From positions 672,563-704,562 of the forward strand of contig CAXXKH010000003.1 of NCBI GenBank assembly GCA_963677545.2: DNA of 32,000 nt, in the 5' to 3' direction. Below are positions 23,477 through 31,828 of the stretch, piece after piece (positions within the stretch are counted from its first letter, which is position 1; each line of letters begins with the position of its first letter). The translations under genes and the position numbers were made by a program. The stretch comes from Desulfobacterales bacterium (GTDB lineage Bacteria; Desulfobacterota; Desulfobacteria; Desulfobacterales; JAFDDL01). The notes beneath the pieces are model-generated. The model had not been told where the DNA came from, ran no database searches, and saw nothing but the letters and a program-made list of their open reading frames with translations.

Positions 23477-23769
23477 TATTTAGCCTCCTTTGCCGCGGAA
23501 AGGTTATCAAGGCAATGATCTACTTTTTTAATAGTATCCTCTGTCCTGATAATAGCCTCTTTCACCTTTTCGTGGGCAACGGCTAATAGCGCTTCTTGTT
23601 CTTGGATCTGAGTCAGATCACCGGCGGGATCATATGCGTCAATTGCATCCCGAACAATTTGAGCCGCAGACCGGCCTTTCAAAGATGAACTTAGTTCTTC
23701 AAGTTTCTTTACCTGGGCCCGTGAAATAAAAAATTGTTTTCTGACTAATTTTCCAGATTGTGATTGCAT
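23476..23769 (-). CDS. Ribbon-helix-helix (CopG-like) DNA-binding protein
   Basis: Start moved to ATG 23769 (GGTGGGAG upstream). KLVRKQFFISRAQVKKLEELSSSLKGRSAAQIVRDAIDAY fits an RHH strand-helix-helix. Confidence 0.55.
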   Translation of the reverse strand: MQSQSGKLVRKQFFISRAQVKKLEELSSSLKGRSAAQIVRDAIDAYDPAGDLTQIQEQEALLAVAHEKVKEAIIRTEDTIKKVDHCLDNLSAAKEAK

Positions 23770-23825
23770 AAGTATAACTCCCACCTCTTGGTTATACCCA
23801 TATTGCACACATATACATAATATTT

Positions 23826-24062
23826 GCCTCTCTCTTTTGAGTCGAAGATCCCAGCGTCGGGACGAAGCGGTCTCCTATCTTCCCTCTATTTATCCCCGCT
23901 GTTCGTATCTTCCGAACTTCAGCTTTTTGTGCCCAGGCACCAGACCTCCGAACTCTGATCTTTTTATCTCCGTAGTCTCCGGCTTCAGACCTTCGACCTC
24001 CGAGTTAAAGCTTTCTGTCAGTAATTTCTGACCTCAGATTTCTGATCTCAGACCTCTGGCTA
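23826..24062. repeat. Pyrimidine-rich modular tract directly 3' of the stop codon of TPR gene 24063..26351
   Basis: Degenerate ~10-nt units such as CAGACCTCCGAACTCTGATC, GGCTTCAGACCTTCGACCTCCGAG and TTCTGACCTCAGATTTCTGATCTCAGACCTCTGGC. Confidence 0.65.
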
Positions 24063-26351
24063 TTAATTGTTCCCCTCAATCTCCTGCAAAACTCGCTTAG
24101 CATCATCAGCGCCATCAAATTCCGGGTTGAGGGAAAGCGCCTGCTCAAGAGCCGATTTAGCCTTGGATATTTCTCCCTTTTTATACTGCGCAAGACCCAT
24201 ATGATAAAGGATTATCGGTTGCTCCGGGCTTTTTTCAAGAGCATCGGAAAACTCACTAATGGCACTGTCATAGAGACCTTTCTTATAATAAACCCATCCA
24301 AGTGTATCAGCATTGCTGACATCGTCTGGTCGTTTTTCTTTTGACATTCTCGCCAGTTCCAATGCTTCATTAAGGTTTTGACCTTTTTCCGCTAATATGA
24401 AGGCCAAATTGTTGGCTGCCGTGCTGAAATCGGGGTCGATTTCAAGTGCTTTCCGATAGTGAGCCTCTGACAAGTCTGTTTCTTTCTTCATATCGAAAAG
24501 CACGCCCAAAAGCATGTGAGGTGCTGCTATGTTCGGATTTTTTTCAATTAACGCCTCATATTCGGAAATGGCCTGATCCGTTTTCTCAGCGCTGCCGTAG
24601 ACATTTGCTATGGCATAGTAGGGGGGGGCATACATATTATTTAATTGCTGTGATTCCTTATATGCGGCGATTGCTTCGTCCATAAGGCCCTGCTGTTGCT
24701 TTATTTGCCCTTGGAGGTATCTTACAACCGCCTGGGCGGAGGGCTCACTATCGAAGGTTTTTAGTTGATCTTCGCAAAGCCCCAGAGCAATGTCCAGATT
24801 TTTCATGGAAGCCTGGGTGACGACAAGCTGGGTAAATGCATCTAACAGTTTCGGATTGATACTAAGTGCCTTTTCGAACTGACCAATTGCTCGTTCGGGT
24901 TGACGAGATGCCAGGTAATAAAGGCCCATTCGGTAATAGCCAGTAGGATTTTCAGGTTCGAGTTCTATAAGCCGCTCATAGTGAGTCTTGGTTTCATCGG
25001 CATTTTTCTGCCTGAAATAAATATTTCCAAGTAAAAAGGATGCCTGGTAAGAGTTGGGTTTAAGACGTAGAACCTCTTCACATTCCTTCACTGCCAAGTC
25101 ATAGCTCGTTTCCCTGTAATATATCTCAGCCAAAAGAAGTCTGGCCTTTGGGAAATTGGGGGAGAGATTCACAGCCTTGGCAATATCGGGTTTGGCCATG
25201 CGAATATCGCCTTTCAGATAGTGGGTAAGTCCTATGAAATAATGGACCCGTGAGGAATCCGGTTCTTCTTGGAGCAATTGGTTAAATATAGAAATCGCTT
25301 CATCTGTTTTCCCCTTAAGTAGTAAAAATTCACCTTTCAGCATGCGAGTTGGTGCGTATCGGGGGCGTTCCGTAAGAATTTCATTAATCAACCGTTCACA
25401 ATCATTGAGGTTTCTTGTTTTCAAATGAAGCTCTGCCAAGGAATTTTTTATCGCGACATTTTCTGGCTGAAGCGATAGGGCTTTTTCATACATGGATAGC
25501 GCTTCTTCAACCTTATTGGAACTCATATAAAAACCGGCGAGGACAAGGTAAGGCTGAGTGTTGTTAGGGGCCAGAGACAAAGCCTTCTGGTATGCGGTTT
25601 CAGCCTGTTCCGGCTCCTGAAGTTTAAAATAAAAATTTCCTAATATCATATGAAGGGCAGAAGACTCTGGACTTTCTGCAATTGCGGCAAGGAGAGTTTC
25701 TTCAGCGTCATCGAAATGCTTGATGCCGATGTACAGAGAGCTGAGGACCAACCGAGCTTTGGTTCCCTTGGGATCGATGTCAATGGCGCGCTTGAGAATT
25801 CGTTCGGTTTCCAGGGAGTTTCCCTGCAGGCCTCGAACGCGGGCAAGGCCGAGATAGGCGTTAATGTTTTTGGAGTCGATGCTCATGATTCTTTCGTAGA
25901 GGGCTGCTGCCTCGTACAGATTTTTTTTCTGCTCTCGGACCGAAGCTACCAGGAAAAGCGCCTCGATATTATTGGGTGATGCCTCCAGAACAGCATCCAG
26001 CTTTTCCATGCCGCTGTCTGTTTGTTTCGCCAGAATCAGAAAGTTGGCAATTTTTAGCTTGGCCTCGATATTGTCAGGATCAAGTTGCTCTACCTTGATA
26101 TAGGCGCGATAGGAATCCTGAGTGTTTCCAAGCTTCAAGAAAGCATCCCCTAAAAGCATATAAGCCTCGACAAATTCGGGATCGATCTGAATGGCGTTAC
26201 GAAATTCGAGTTCCGCACTTTTATAGTCGCCCTTTTCAATGTATACTTTTCCTTTTTCTATATGAGCGGTTTTCTTTTCCTCATCGCTCGCACAACCAAT
26301 TACAGACAGGATCAGAATAATTGCCAGAATAACAGCTTTTGCCCGATTCAT
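24063..26351 (-). CDS. PEP-CTERM-system TPR-repeat lipoprotein (PrsT-like), paralog 1
   Basis: Start moved to ATG 26351 (GGAGGAAACACA ATG). Lipoprotein signal MNRAKAVILAIILILSVIGC. About 20 TPR units along the whole length. Confidence 0.75.
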   Translation of the reverse strand: MNRAKAVILAIILILSVIGCASDEEKKTAHIEKGKVYIEKGDYKSAELEFRNAIQIDPEFVEAYMLLGDAFLKLGNTQDSYRAYIKVEQLDPDNIEAKLKIANFLILAKQTDSGMEKLDAVLEASPNNIEALFLVASVREQKKNLYEAAALYERIMSIDSKNINAYLGLARVRGLQGNSLETERILKRAIDIDPKGTKARLVLSSLYIGIKHFDDAEETLLAAIAESPESSALHMILGNFYFKLQEPEQAETAYQKALSLAPNNTQPYLVLAGFYMSSNKVEEALSMYEKALSLQPENVAIKNSLAELHLKTRNLNDCERLINEILTERPRYAPTRMLKGEFLLLKGKTDEAISIFNQLLQEEPDSSRVHYFIGLTHYLKGDIRMAKPDIAKAVNLSPNFPKARLLLAEIYYRETSYDLAVKECEEVLRLKPNSYQASFLLGNIYFRQKNADETKTHYERLIELEPENPTGYYRMGLYYLASRQPERAIGQFEKALSINPKLLDAFTQLVVTQASMKNLDIALGLCEDQLKTFDSEPSAQAVVRYLQGQIKQQQGLMDEAIAAYKESQQLNNMYAPPYYAIANVYGSAEKTDQAISEYEALIEKNPNIAAPHMLLGVLFDMKKETDLSEAHYRKALEIDPDFSTAANNLAFILAEKGQNLNEALELARMSKEKRPDDVSNADTLGWVYYKKGLYDSAISEFSDALEKSPEQPIILYHMGLAQYKKGEISKAKSALEQALSLNPEFDGADDAKRVLQEIEGNN

Positions 26352-26523
26352 TGTGTTTCCTCCAAGTGATGATGAAGCAGCAGGGAGCTTGGGGCGTGGA
26401 ACTTGGAGTTTAAAAAATATTTCCACTACACCATTTTTGTCTATGATTTTAGTATTTCCCATATCTGACTCCGGTCTACGTTATTGGTTTTTGACTCACT
26501 TGTAAAAGCATGAATCTCACGGG

Positions 26524-26615
26524 AAGCTGCAAAGAACGTAACGGTAACACTCTTTTTTGGTTTTTTTTGCGTTCTTTGCAGTGCAGTTTACCCCGGTGTC
26601 GGGGCGTGAGAAATT
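26524..26615 (+). repeat. Fragment related to the long R-arm variant of the modular repeat, with a 12-bp inverted repeat
   Basis: CTGCAAAGAACG...31 nt...CGTTCTTTGCAG, then TTTACCCCGGTGTCGGGGCGTGAGAAATTGC (compare 14170..14205 CCCCGACGCCGGGGCAGGTAAGGCGGTGAGAATGC). Confidence 0.5.
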
Positions 26616-26680
26616 GCTGTTGTTTTTTAAAGTCGTCAGTTTTTTGACCAAACTCCGTTCCAAACGGATGGTACAGTGGA

Positions 26681-26844
26681 ACTGACTTCTGATTCCCGAT
26701 TTCAGGCCTCTGGCTTCTTTACTCTCTACTCCAAACTTCTTGCCCTTTGCCCATTGTACATAATTTTTCTGACTTCCGATCTCTGACTTCTGACCTCTAT
26801 CTCTTTACTCTTTGCTTCCATGCTCCAAGCTCCTCGCTTCCCGC
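26681..26844. repeat. Pyrimidine-rich modular tract directly 3' of the stop codon of TPR gene 26845..29142
   Basis: CTTCTGATTCCCGATTTCAGGCCTCTGGC ... TTCTGACTTCCGATCTCTGACTTCTGACCTCTATCTC ... GCTTCCATGCTCCAAGCTCCTCGCTTCC. Confidence 0.7.
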
Positions 26845-29142
26845 TTACAGCCCATAAGTCTCAAGCTTCTTCAGAACTCGTTTCGCCTCACCAGCCCCGT
26901 CAAAATCCGGATCGAGTTCAAGGGCTTTTTCGAGGTATGCCCTTGCTTTTTGCTTATCTCCTTTCCCGTATAGAGCAAGCCCCATGTGGTACTGCATGAC
27001 CGGATGTTCGGGCTGTTTTTCGAGACAGAAGGAGAACTCTTCGATGGCGCTGTCAAAGAGACCTTTCTTATAATATACCCATCCCAGGGTATCGGCAATG
27101 CTTGCTTCTTCCGGGGCGTTTCGCCTGGCCATTCGTGCGAGTTCCAAGGCCTTATTGAGGTCTTCCCCCTTTTCCGCCAGAATAAAGGCGAGATTGTTGG
27201 CTGCGGCGGTAAAATTCGGATTGATTTCGAGCGCTCTTCGATAATGCTGTTCGGAAAGGTCCGGCTGCTTTTTTGTATCGTAAAGAACCCCCAGGAGCAT
27301 GTGAGGCCCTGCGTTGTTCGGATTTTTTTTAATGACGGACTGAATTTCGGATATGGCCTTGTTTTCGCTTCCCCCACGGATATAGATGTTGGCCAGTCCG
27401 TAATAGGGCGGCAGATAATTTTCATTGAGCCGGCGGGATTCCTGGAAGCATGCTTCGGCTTTATCGAGGCTCTTTTGAGTCAAGCGGATCTGACCTTCCA
27501 GATATTTCACGACCGCCTGGGCGGCGGGAACATCCTTCAGGACCGTCAGTTGTTTTTCGCAGGCCGCTAAGGCCGCTTCCTGTTTTCCCAGCGCCATTTG
27601 AGCGGCCACGAGCTGGGAAAAGGCGTCCAGAAGTTTCGGGTTGATATCGAGGGCTTTCCGGAAATATTCGGTGGCGGATTCCGGCTTGTTGTTTGACCGA
27701 TAATAAATGCCCAGTCGATACGCGCCGGTGGGGTTGTCCGGTGATAGCTCTATAAGCTGTTCGTACTGTTTCCGGGCCTCTTCTTTTTTACCCTGTTGGA
27801 GGTAGATATTCCCGAGAAGCAACACCGCCTGGTATTGAGCCGGTTGAAGTTGAATCACTTCTTTGCACTCTTTTTCAGCAAGGTTCAGGTTATTTTCCCT
27901 CAAATAGATTTCGGCCAGCAGGAGTCGAGCCTTAACGAAATCGGGGGCAAGATCCACCGAAGAGGCCACTGCGGCTTTGGCTATGCGAACTTCCCCCTTC
28001 ACCAGATAGGCAAGTCCCCGGAAATAATGGGCCCGGGCGTTATCAGGCTCGTTCTTGATGAGTTGATCGAAGATGGTGATGGCTTCATCCGCCCTCTTTT
28101 GAAAAACCAGAAGTTCTCCCTTCAGCATTTGGGCGGATGCATATTGGGGGCGTTTGGTGAGAATTTCGTCGACCAGTTTTTCACAGGCGTCCGGTTTTGA
28201 AGTTTTGAGATAAAACCGGGCAAGGGCCATTTTGACATCGATATTATCCGATTCCAGTTTCAAGGCCTTTTGGTACATGGCCAGTGCAGCGTCGTTTTTG
28301 CCGATGTTTTCATAGAAACCGGCCAGAACCAGGCAGGGCCGAATATTTCCAGGATCCATGGCCATGGCTTTTTGATAAGCTTTTTCCGCTTCGTCTGTGT
28401 TGCCTGTCTGAGCATAGAAACTCCCCAATACCAAGCGCAGATTGGCATCTTCCGGATTGTTCTCGATAGTCGATAGAAGTGTTCTTTCCGCTTTTTCAGG
28501 TCGTTTCGTGGCAATATAGAAAGAGACCAGGGAGAGCGGGGCGGATGTGTTTTTAGCGTCAATATCCACGGCAAGCTTAAGTATCCGCTCTGCTTCCAGC
28601 GGGTTGTCCTGTCGGGCACGAACACGGGCGAGCCCGATGTAGGCGTTGACAAATCCGGTATCGATCCCCATTACTTTTTCATAAAAGGATGCGGCTTCAT
28701 CCAGATTTTTTTCCTGCTCTCGAACCGCCGCCGTCATCATAAGCGCATCGGTATTTTCGGGTGCTATGGCCAGCACTGCCTCCAATCTTTCCTTGGCCAT
28801 GTCTGTCTGTTTGGCAAGGAGCAAAAAAGACGCCAGCCTGAGGCGGATATCGATATTTTCCGGATCAAGTTGTTCCACCTTGCCATATGCCCGGTAGGCT
28901 TCCTGGGCATTTCCCAGTTTCAGGAGAGTCTCCCCCAAAAGGAGGTAGGCATCGGTGTATTCAGGATCTATCTGAATGGCGTTTCGCAGTTCGAGTTCCG
29001 CACTTTTCAGGTCTCCTTCCTCGATAAAGGTTTTCCCCTTGTCGTAATGATCCGCTTTTTTTTCATCATCGCTTTTAAATATAAAACCGGTAACCGACAA
29101 AAACACGAACAGCATGAGAACGACTATTTTAATACGATGCAT
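26845..29142 (-). CDS. PrsT-like TPR-repeat protein, paralog 2 (lipobox cysteine replaced)
   Basis: Collinear with paralog 1 over the full length (for example KSAELELRNAIQIDPEY vs KSAELEFRNAIQIDPEF). The signal MHRIKIVVLMLFVFLSVTGF has Phe where paralog 1 has the lipobox Cys. Confidence 0.75.
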   Translation of the reverse strand: MHRIKIVVLMLFVFLSVTGFIFKSDDEKKADHYDKGKTFIEEGDLKSAELELRNAIQIDPEYTDAYLLLGETLLKLGNAQEAYRAYGKVEQLDPENIDIRLRLASFLLLAKQTDMAKERLEAVLAIAPENTDALMMTAAVREQEKNLDEAASFYEKVMGIDTGFVNAYIGLARVRARQDNPLEAERILKLAVDIDAKNTSAPLSLVSFYIATKRPEKAERTLLSTIENNPEDANLRLVLGSFYAQTGNTDEAEKAYQKAMAMDPGNIRPCLVLAGFYENIGKNDAALAMYQKALKLESDNIDVKMALARFYLKTSKPDACEKLVDEILTKRPQYASAQMLKGELLVFQKRADEAITIFDQLIKNEPDNARAHYFRGLAYLVKGEVRIAKAAVASSVDLAPDFVKARLLLAEIYLRENNLNLAEKECKEVIQLQPAQYQAVLLLGNIYLQQGKKEEARKQYEQLIELSPDNPTGAYRLGIYYRSNNKPESATEYFRKALDINPKLLDAFSQLVAAQMALGKQEAALAACEKQLTVLKDVPAAQAVVKYLEGQIRLTQKSLDKAEACFQESRRLNENYLPPYYGLANIYIRGGSENKAISEIQSVIKKNPNNAGPHMLLGVLYDTKKQPDLSEQHYRRALEINPNFTAAANNLAFILAEKGEDLNKALELARMARRNAPEEASIADTLGWVYYKKGLFDSAIEEFSFCLEKQPEHPVMQYHMGLALYGKGDKQKARAYLEKALELDPDFDGAGEAKRVLKKLETYGL

Positions 29143-29349
29143 GACTTAATCTCCACTATTATTTTTTCCGAATACCTAACATAACAATTGCATTGTTCAA
29201 AAGCAAATTTCGCACAGATACGCTGGGATGCTATGATGTAATACCAAACGGCTACTTCAAATCCTCGTGCAAAATCAGGATATGGATGTCAGCGATGAGC
29301 CAGGCCATGAATGAAAGTCTAAAACCCTAAAAAAAATGGTCAAAACTGT

Positions 29350-29458
29350 GATTCAGGCTTCTGGCCTCTGGCTTCTGCTTTTCCTCTGTCCCGTATCCTT
29401 GACTCTTAGTCCTCTTGTATTTACTTTTTGCCTCCTGGCTTCCCAGCATCCAAGCCTC
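29350..29458. repeat. Pyrimidine-rich modular tract directly 3' of the stop codon of gene 29459..30868
   Basis: ATTCAGGCTTCTGGCCTCTGGCTTCTGC ... CCTCCTGGCTTCCCAGCATCCAAGCCTCC. Confidence 0.65.
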
Positions 29459-30868
29459 CTAGGGTCCTTGCTTACGTTTAAATGGCCGATAAAGCGGATC
29501 TCCGACCAGAACCTGCTTCCAGGAGAGGTAAGGCACGCTGAGAATATAGCATTCCGCCAGGGACAGGCTCCCTTCCGTCAGATATTTAAAAAAAATGGCG
29601 GGAAGCGGAAATGATTGGACATAAGGTTCCCCAACAGGCCCGATAGTGGCGGCCACACCCTCTTCGAGCATCCGCTTGCACCAGACCTGGCTGTTTTTAT
29701 TCCGCAGGGTGCTGCATTCGGAACTTGCAATGTGATATCCGACTGCTCCCGGCTGCCACTCAAAGGCATCAACATATCTTGCCAGTCGATACCATCCGCA
29801 GTACAGGGCCGCTGTCTTACATTGGCCGGGGGCGAACAACTCGGAGGTCTTTTCGAGAGTGACCGGCATGGTGCCGCTTTCCTCGATGATGCCCGCCGCC
29901 TCGTGAAGAGACTTGTCATACAAGGCATAGCCGGAGACGGATTTGTTCCCGGGGTCCGGCCACCGGGCATCTATATAGGCGGTGCCTGAAAGCCCGTTTT
30001 TTTCCGCGGAGAGGCTGTCGTCGATAATTCGCCGCACGATTTCGGGGCTCGGCCCATCGAGTCGGCTGACCATGAGGACATCCTTTTTCTCAATCCCTGT
30101 TTTTTGTTTTTGAAACCCGACAAAATAGGGGTTGGGTGTCCAGCCGCCGATATCGTTGTCTGTTTTTAACACCAGGGACAGTTCGGAATCAAGTGAAGCT
30201 CCTGTGTTTTGGTTGAATTTCAGTTTTCTGATATCGTTATTGATCTGCTCTATCTGCCCTCTCAGCAGTTTCTTTTCAGTTTCCTCAATACTTTCACCCG
30301 ATTCAAGCCTGAGTTTCAATTCAGCTTTTTTCTCAGAAAGCTGGTTAAGTGCTGCTGTTTCGGATTCCGAAGGTTGAGTCCCCCCGATCTTTAGAGGAAC
30401 CCCGTAAACTGTTACCAGGCATCGAATTGTATGGGGCCGATGCTCTTCCTCTATATGGCGCCTGATCGGTGGTACTATTTTTTTGTCATAAGCCTGACGA
30501 CTACAGGATTCTTTGTCTGTGGTCCAGAGTAGAACGAGATTTTTCTCGGGTATTTTTCGTTTTTTGATATAATATTTGGCCAGGGATACGCTTTTCGCGG
30601 CATTCCGGTTTGCCACTACAACAATTTCATCCGGTGATAACGCCATACTTGTGGTTGGTAGAGAGCACACCAATGCAAAGCAAAAGAACGCTAGGATGCC
30701 TGGATGCCTGGATGCTTGGAGGCTGGAAAGCAAAAAGCGTGGAGTATGGAGCTTGGAGCAGAGAGCGTTGGCCAGGAACTGAAAGGTACATAAATGTCTC
30801 ACGCAAAGTCGCCAAAACGCGGAGAGAAGACGAAAAGCGGAAGTTGGGAAGACACGAAGATAGTTCAT
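29459..30868 (-). CDS. Secreted hypothetical protein, possibly of the TIGR03790-type family seen in PEP-CTERM organisms; start codon uncertain
   Basis: The conserved-looking body starts at SPDEIVVVANRNAAKSVSLAKYYIKKRKIPEKNLVLL. The first ~45-60 codons of the maximal ORF are encoded by an inverted repeat tract (30690..30775). Alternative starts: TTG 30733, giving signal peptide MLSSLQASRHPGILAFFCFALVCSLPTTSMA, or ATG 30646. Confidence 0.55.
   Translation of the reverse strand: MNYLRVFPTSAFRLLSAFWRLCVRHLCTFQFLANALCSKLHTPRFLLSSLQASRHPGILAFFCFALVCSLPTTSMALSPDEIVVVANRNAAKSVSLAKYYIKKRKIPEKNLVLLWTTDKESCSRQAYDKKIVPPIRRHIEEEHRPHTIRCLVTVYGVPLKIGGTQPSESETAALNQLSEKKAELKLRLESGESIEETEKKLLRGQIEQINNDIRKLKFNQNTGASLDSELSLVLKTDNDIGGWTPNPYFVGFQKQKTGIEKKDVLMVSRLDGPSPEIVRRIIDDSLSAEKNGLSGTAYIDARWPDPGNKSVSGYALYDKSLHEAAGIIEESGTMPVTLEKTSELFAPGQCKTAALYCGWYRLARYVDAFEWQPGAVGYHIASSECSTLRNKNSQVWCKRMLEEGVAATIGPVGEPYVQSFPLPAIFFKYLTEGSLSLAECYILSVPYLSWKQVLVGDPLYRPFKRKQGP
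30690..30775. repeat. Inverted-orientation (purine-rich on plus strand) copy of the CCAAGCTCC / CCAGGCATCC sub-module
   Basis: CTAGGATGCCTGGATGCCTGGATGCTTGGAGGCTGGAAAGC...GGAGTATGGAGCTTGGAGCAGAGAG. Confidence 0.6.
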
Positions 30869-30973
30869 AGCTGATAGTAGATGTCCACTGCCCTGGATTT
30901 ATTGACAATAAGATTGAATTTTGCTATCAAAAACAAAGGGTTCTGAAAAACAATATGGTATGGAGCGTAACAG

Positions 30974-31204
30974 ATGCAAAAAAAACGTATCGAATATGAT
31001 TCAAGCCTTGATGCTTTGGTAGCGATTTCAAAACGATTGAGTTGGTCTGAAAAACAACACAGTATGGTGTCTGAGGAATTTTATGACAGATACTCCAAAG
31101 GGTTAATGGCCGACACAATAGAATTTGTCGAATGGGCTAACGATTACCGTCATTACTTAGTAATTTATAAAAAGTTGGAGAAACAACTTCAACATGTTGC
31201 TTAG
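30974..31204 (+). CDS. Hypothetical small protein
   Basis: 76-aa ORF with GGAG 8 nt upstream. No recognisable motif. Its TAG stop is in frame with the following DUF6516-like reading frame. Confidence 0.4.
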   Translation: MQKKRIEYDSSLDALVAISKRLSWSEKQHSMVSEEFYDRYSKGLMADTIEFVEWANDYRHYLVIYKKLEKQLQHVA

Positions 31205-31587
31205 CCCTGTCTTCAGGAATACCTTGGGGCTCTCGAAAAGGCCATCCATAGTATGGATGAGGCTTATGTCGAACTCTCTATGAAGAAGAGATCATTACAG
31301 AGGAACGTTTAAACATTAGACTCCGAATACGCATTGGTAACGGTTTTCTACTTGAATTGAACGAAGCGGTTTTTGTAGAAAATCAACTTATTAATCATAT
31401 TGGGTATCGCTATCATTTTCAAGATGAACGTAATAGGCTGATATTCAGATACGATGACACTCCCCATTTCCCGAAATTAAACAGTTTCCCAAACCACAAA
31501 CATCTGAAAAATGGTGTTGTTGAGGCAAATAAACATAGTATTTTAGCTGTAATATCAGAAGCATTAAAACTTGCTATTTTGGCGTAA
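31194..31587 (+). pseudogene. DUF6516/TumE-like gene apparently disrupted by two frameshifts
   Basis: Three consecutive frames read: ATG 31194 (MLLS..), then PCLQEYLGALEKAIHSMDEAYVELS (31205..31279), then YEEEIITEERLNIRLRIRIGNGFLLELNEAVFVENQLINHIGYRYHFQDERNRLIFRYDDTPHFPKLNSFPNHKHLKNGVV.. (31279..31587). Concatenated, they look like one family member. Confidence 0.45.
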
Positions 31588-31649
31588 ATAATTTTTCCCG
31601 CCCATTTTTTCCCATTCTGTCCCATGTCTTAAATCCCGGTGTCATGACT

Positions 31650-31826
31650 CTTTGTTCTCTGATGTTCCCAATAGCCCATCGCCTATAGCCTCTCTCTTCC
31701 CAGCCCCCCAGCGTTTTCCCTCCACGCTTCATGCGCTCTGCTGTTCCCATAGCCAATAGCCCATTGCCTAAAGCCTCTCTCCTCCCATCCTCCCAGCGTC
31801 CAAGCTTCCCAGCCTTTGTCACCAAA
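31650..31826. repeat. Pyrimidine-rich modular tract directly 3' of the stop codon of the CPBP gene
   Basis: CCCAATAGCCCATCGCCTATAGCCTCTCTC ... CCCATAGCCAATAGCCCATTGCCTAAAGCCTCTCTCC ... CTCCCAGCGTCCAAGCTTCCCAGCC. Confidence 0.7.
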
Positions 31827-31828
31827 AC

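Noticed and set aside
26352-26462. 37-codon 5' extension of the TPR lipoprotein ORF (MGNTKIIDKNG...)
   Set aside because: The internal ATG 26351 has a strong SD (GGAGG) and immediately yields a lipoprotein signal peptide. The extension has no SD and would bury the signal peptide.
26590-26610. Possible plus-strand sigma-54-like motif GGGGCGTGAGAAATTGCT between the TPR paralogs
   Set aside because: The GG-to-GC spacing is off by one. It is on the strand opposite to all nearby genes, and it lies inside a repeat fragment.
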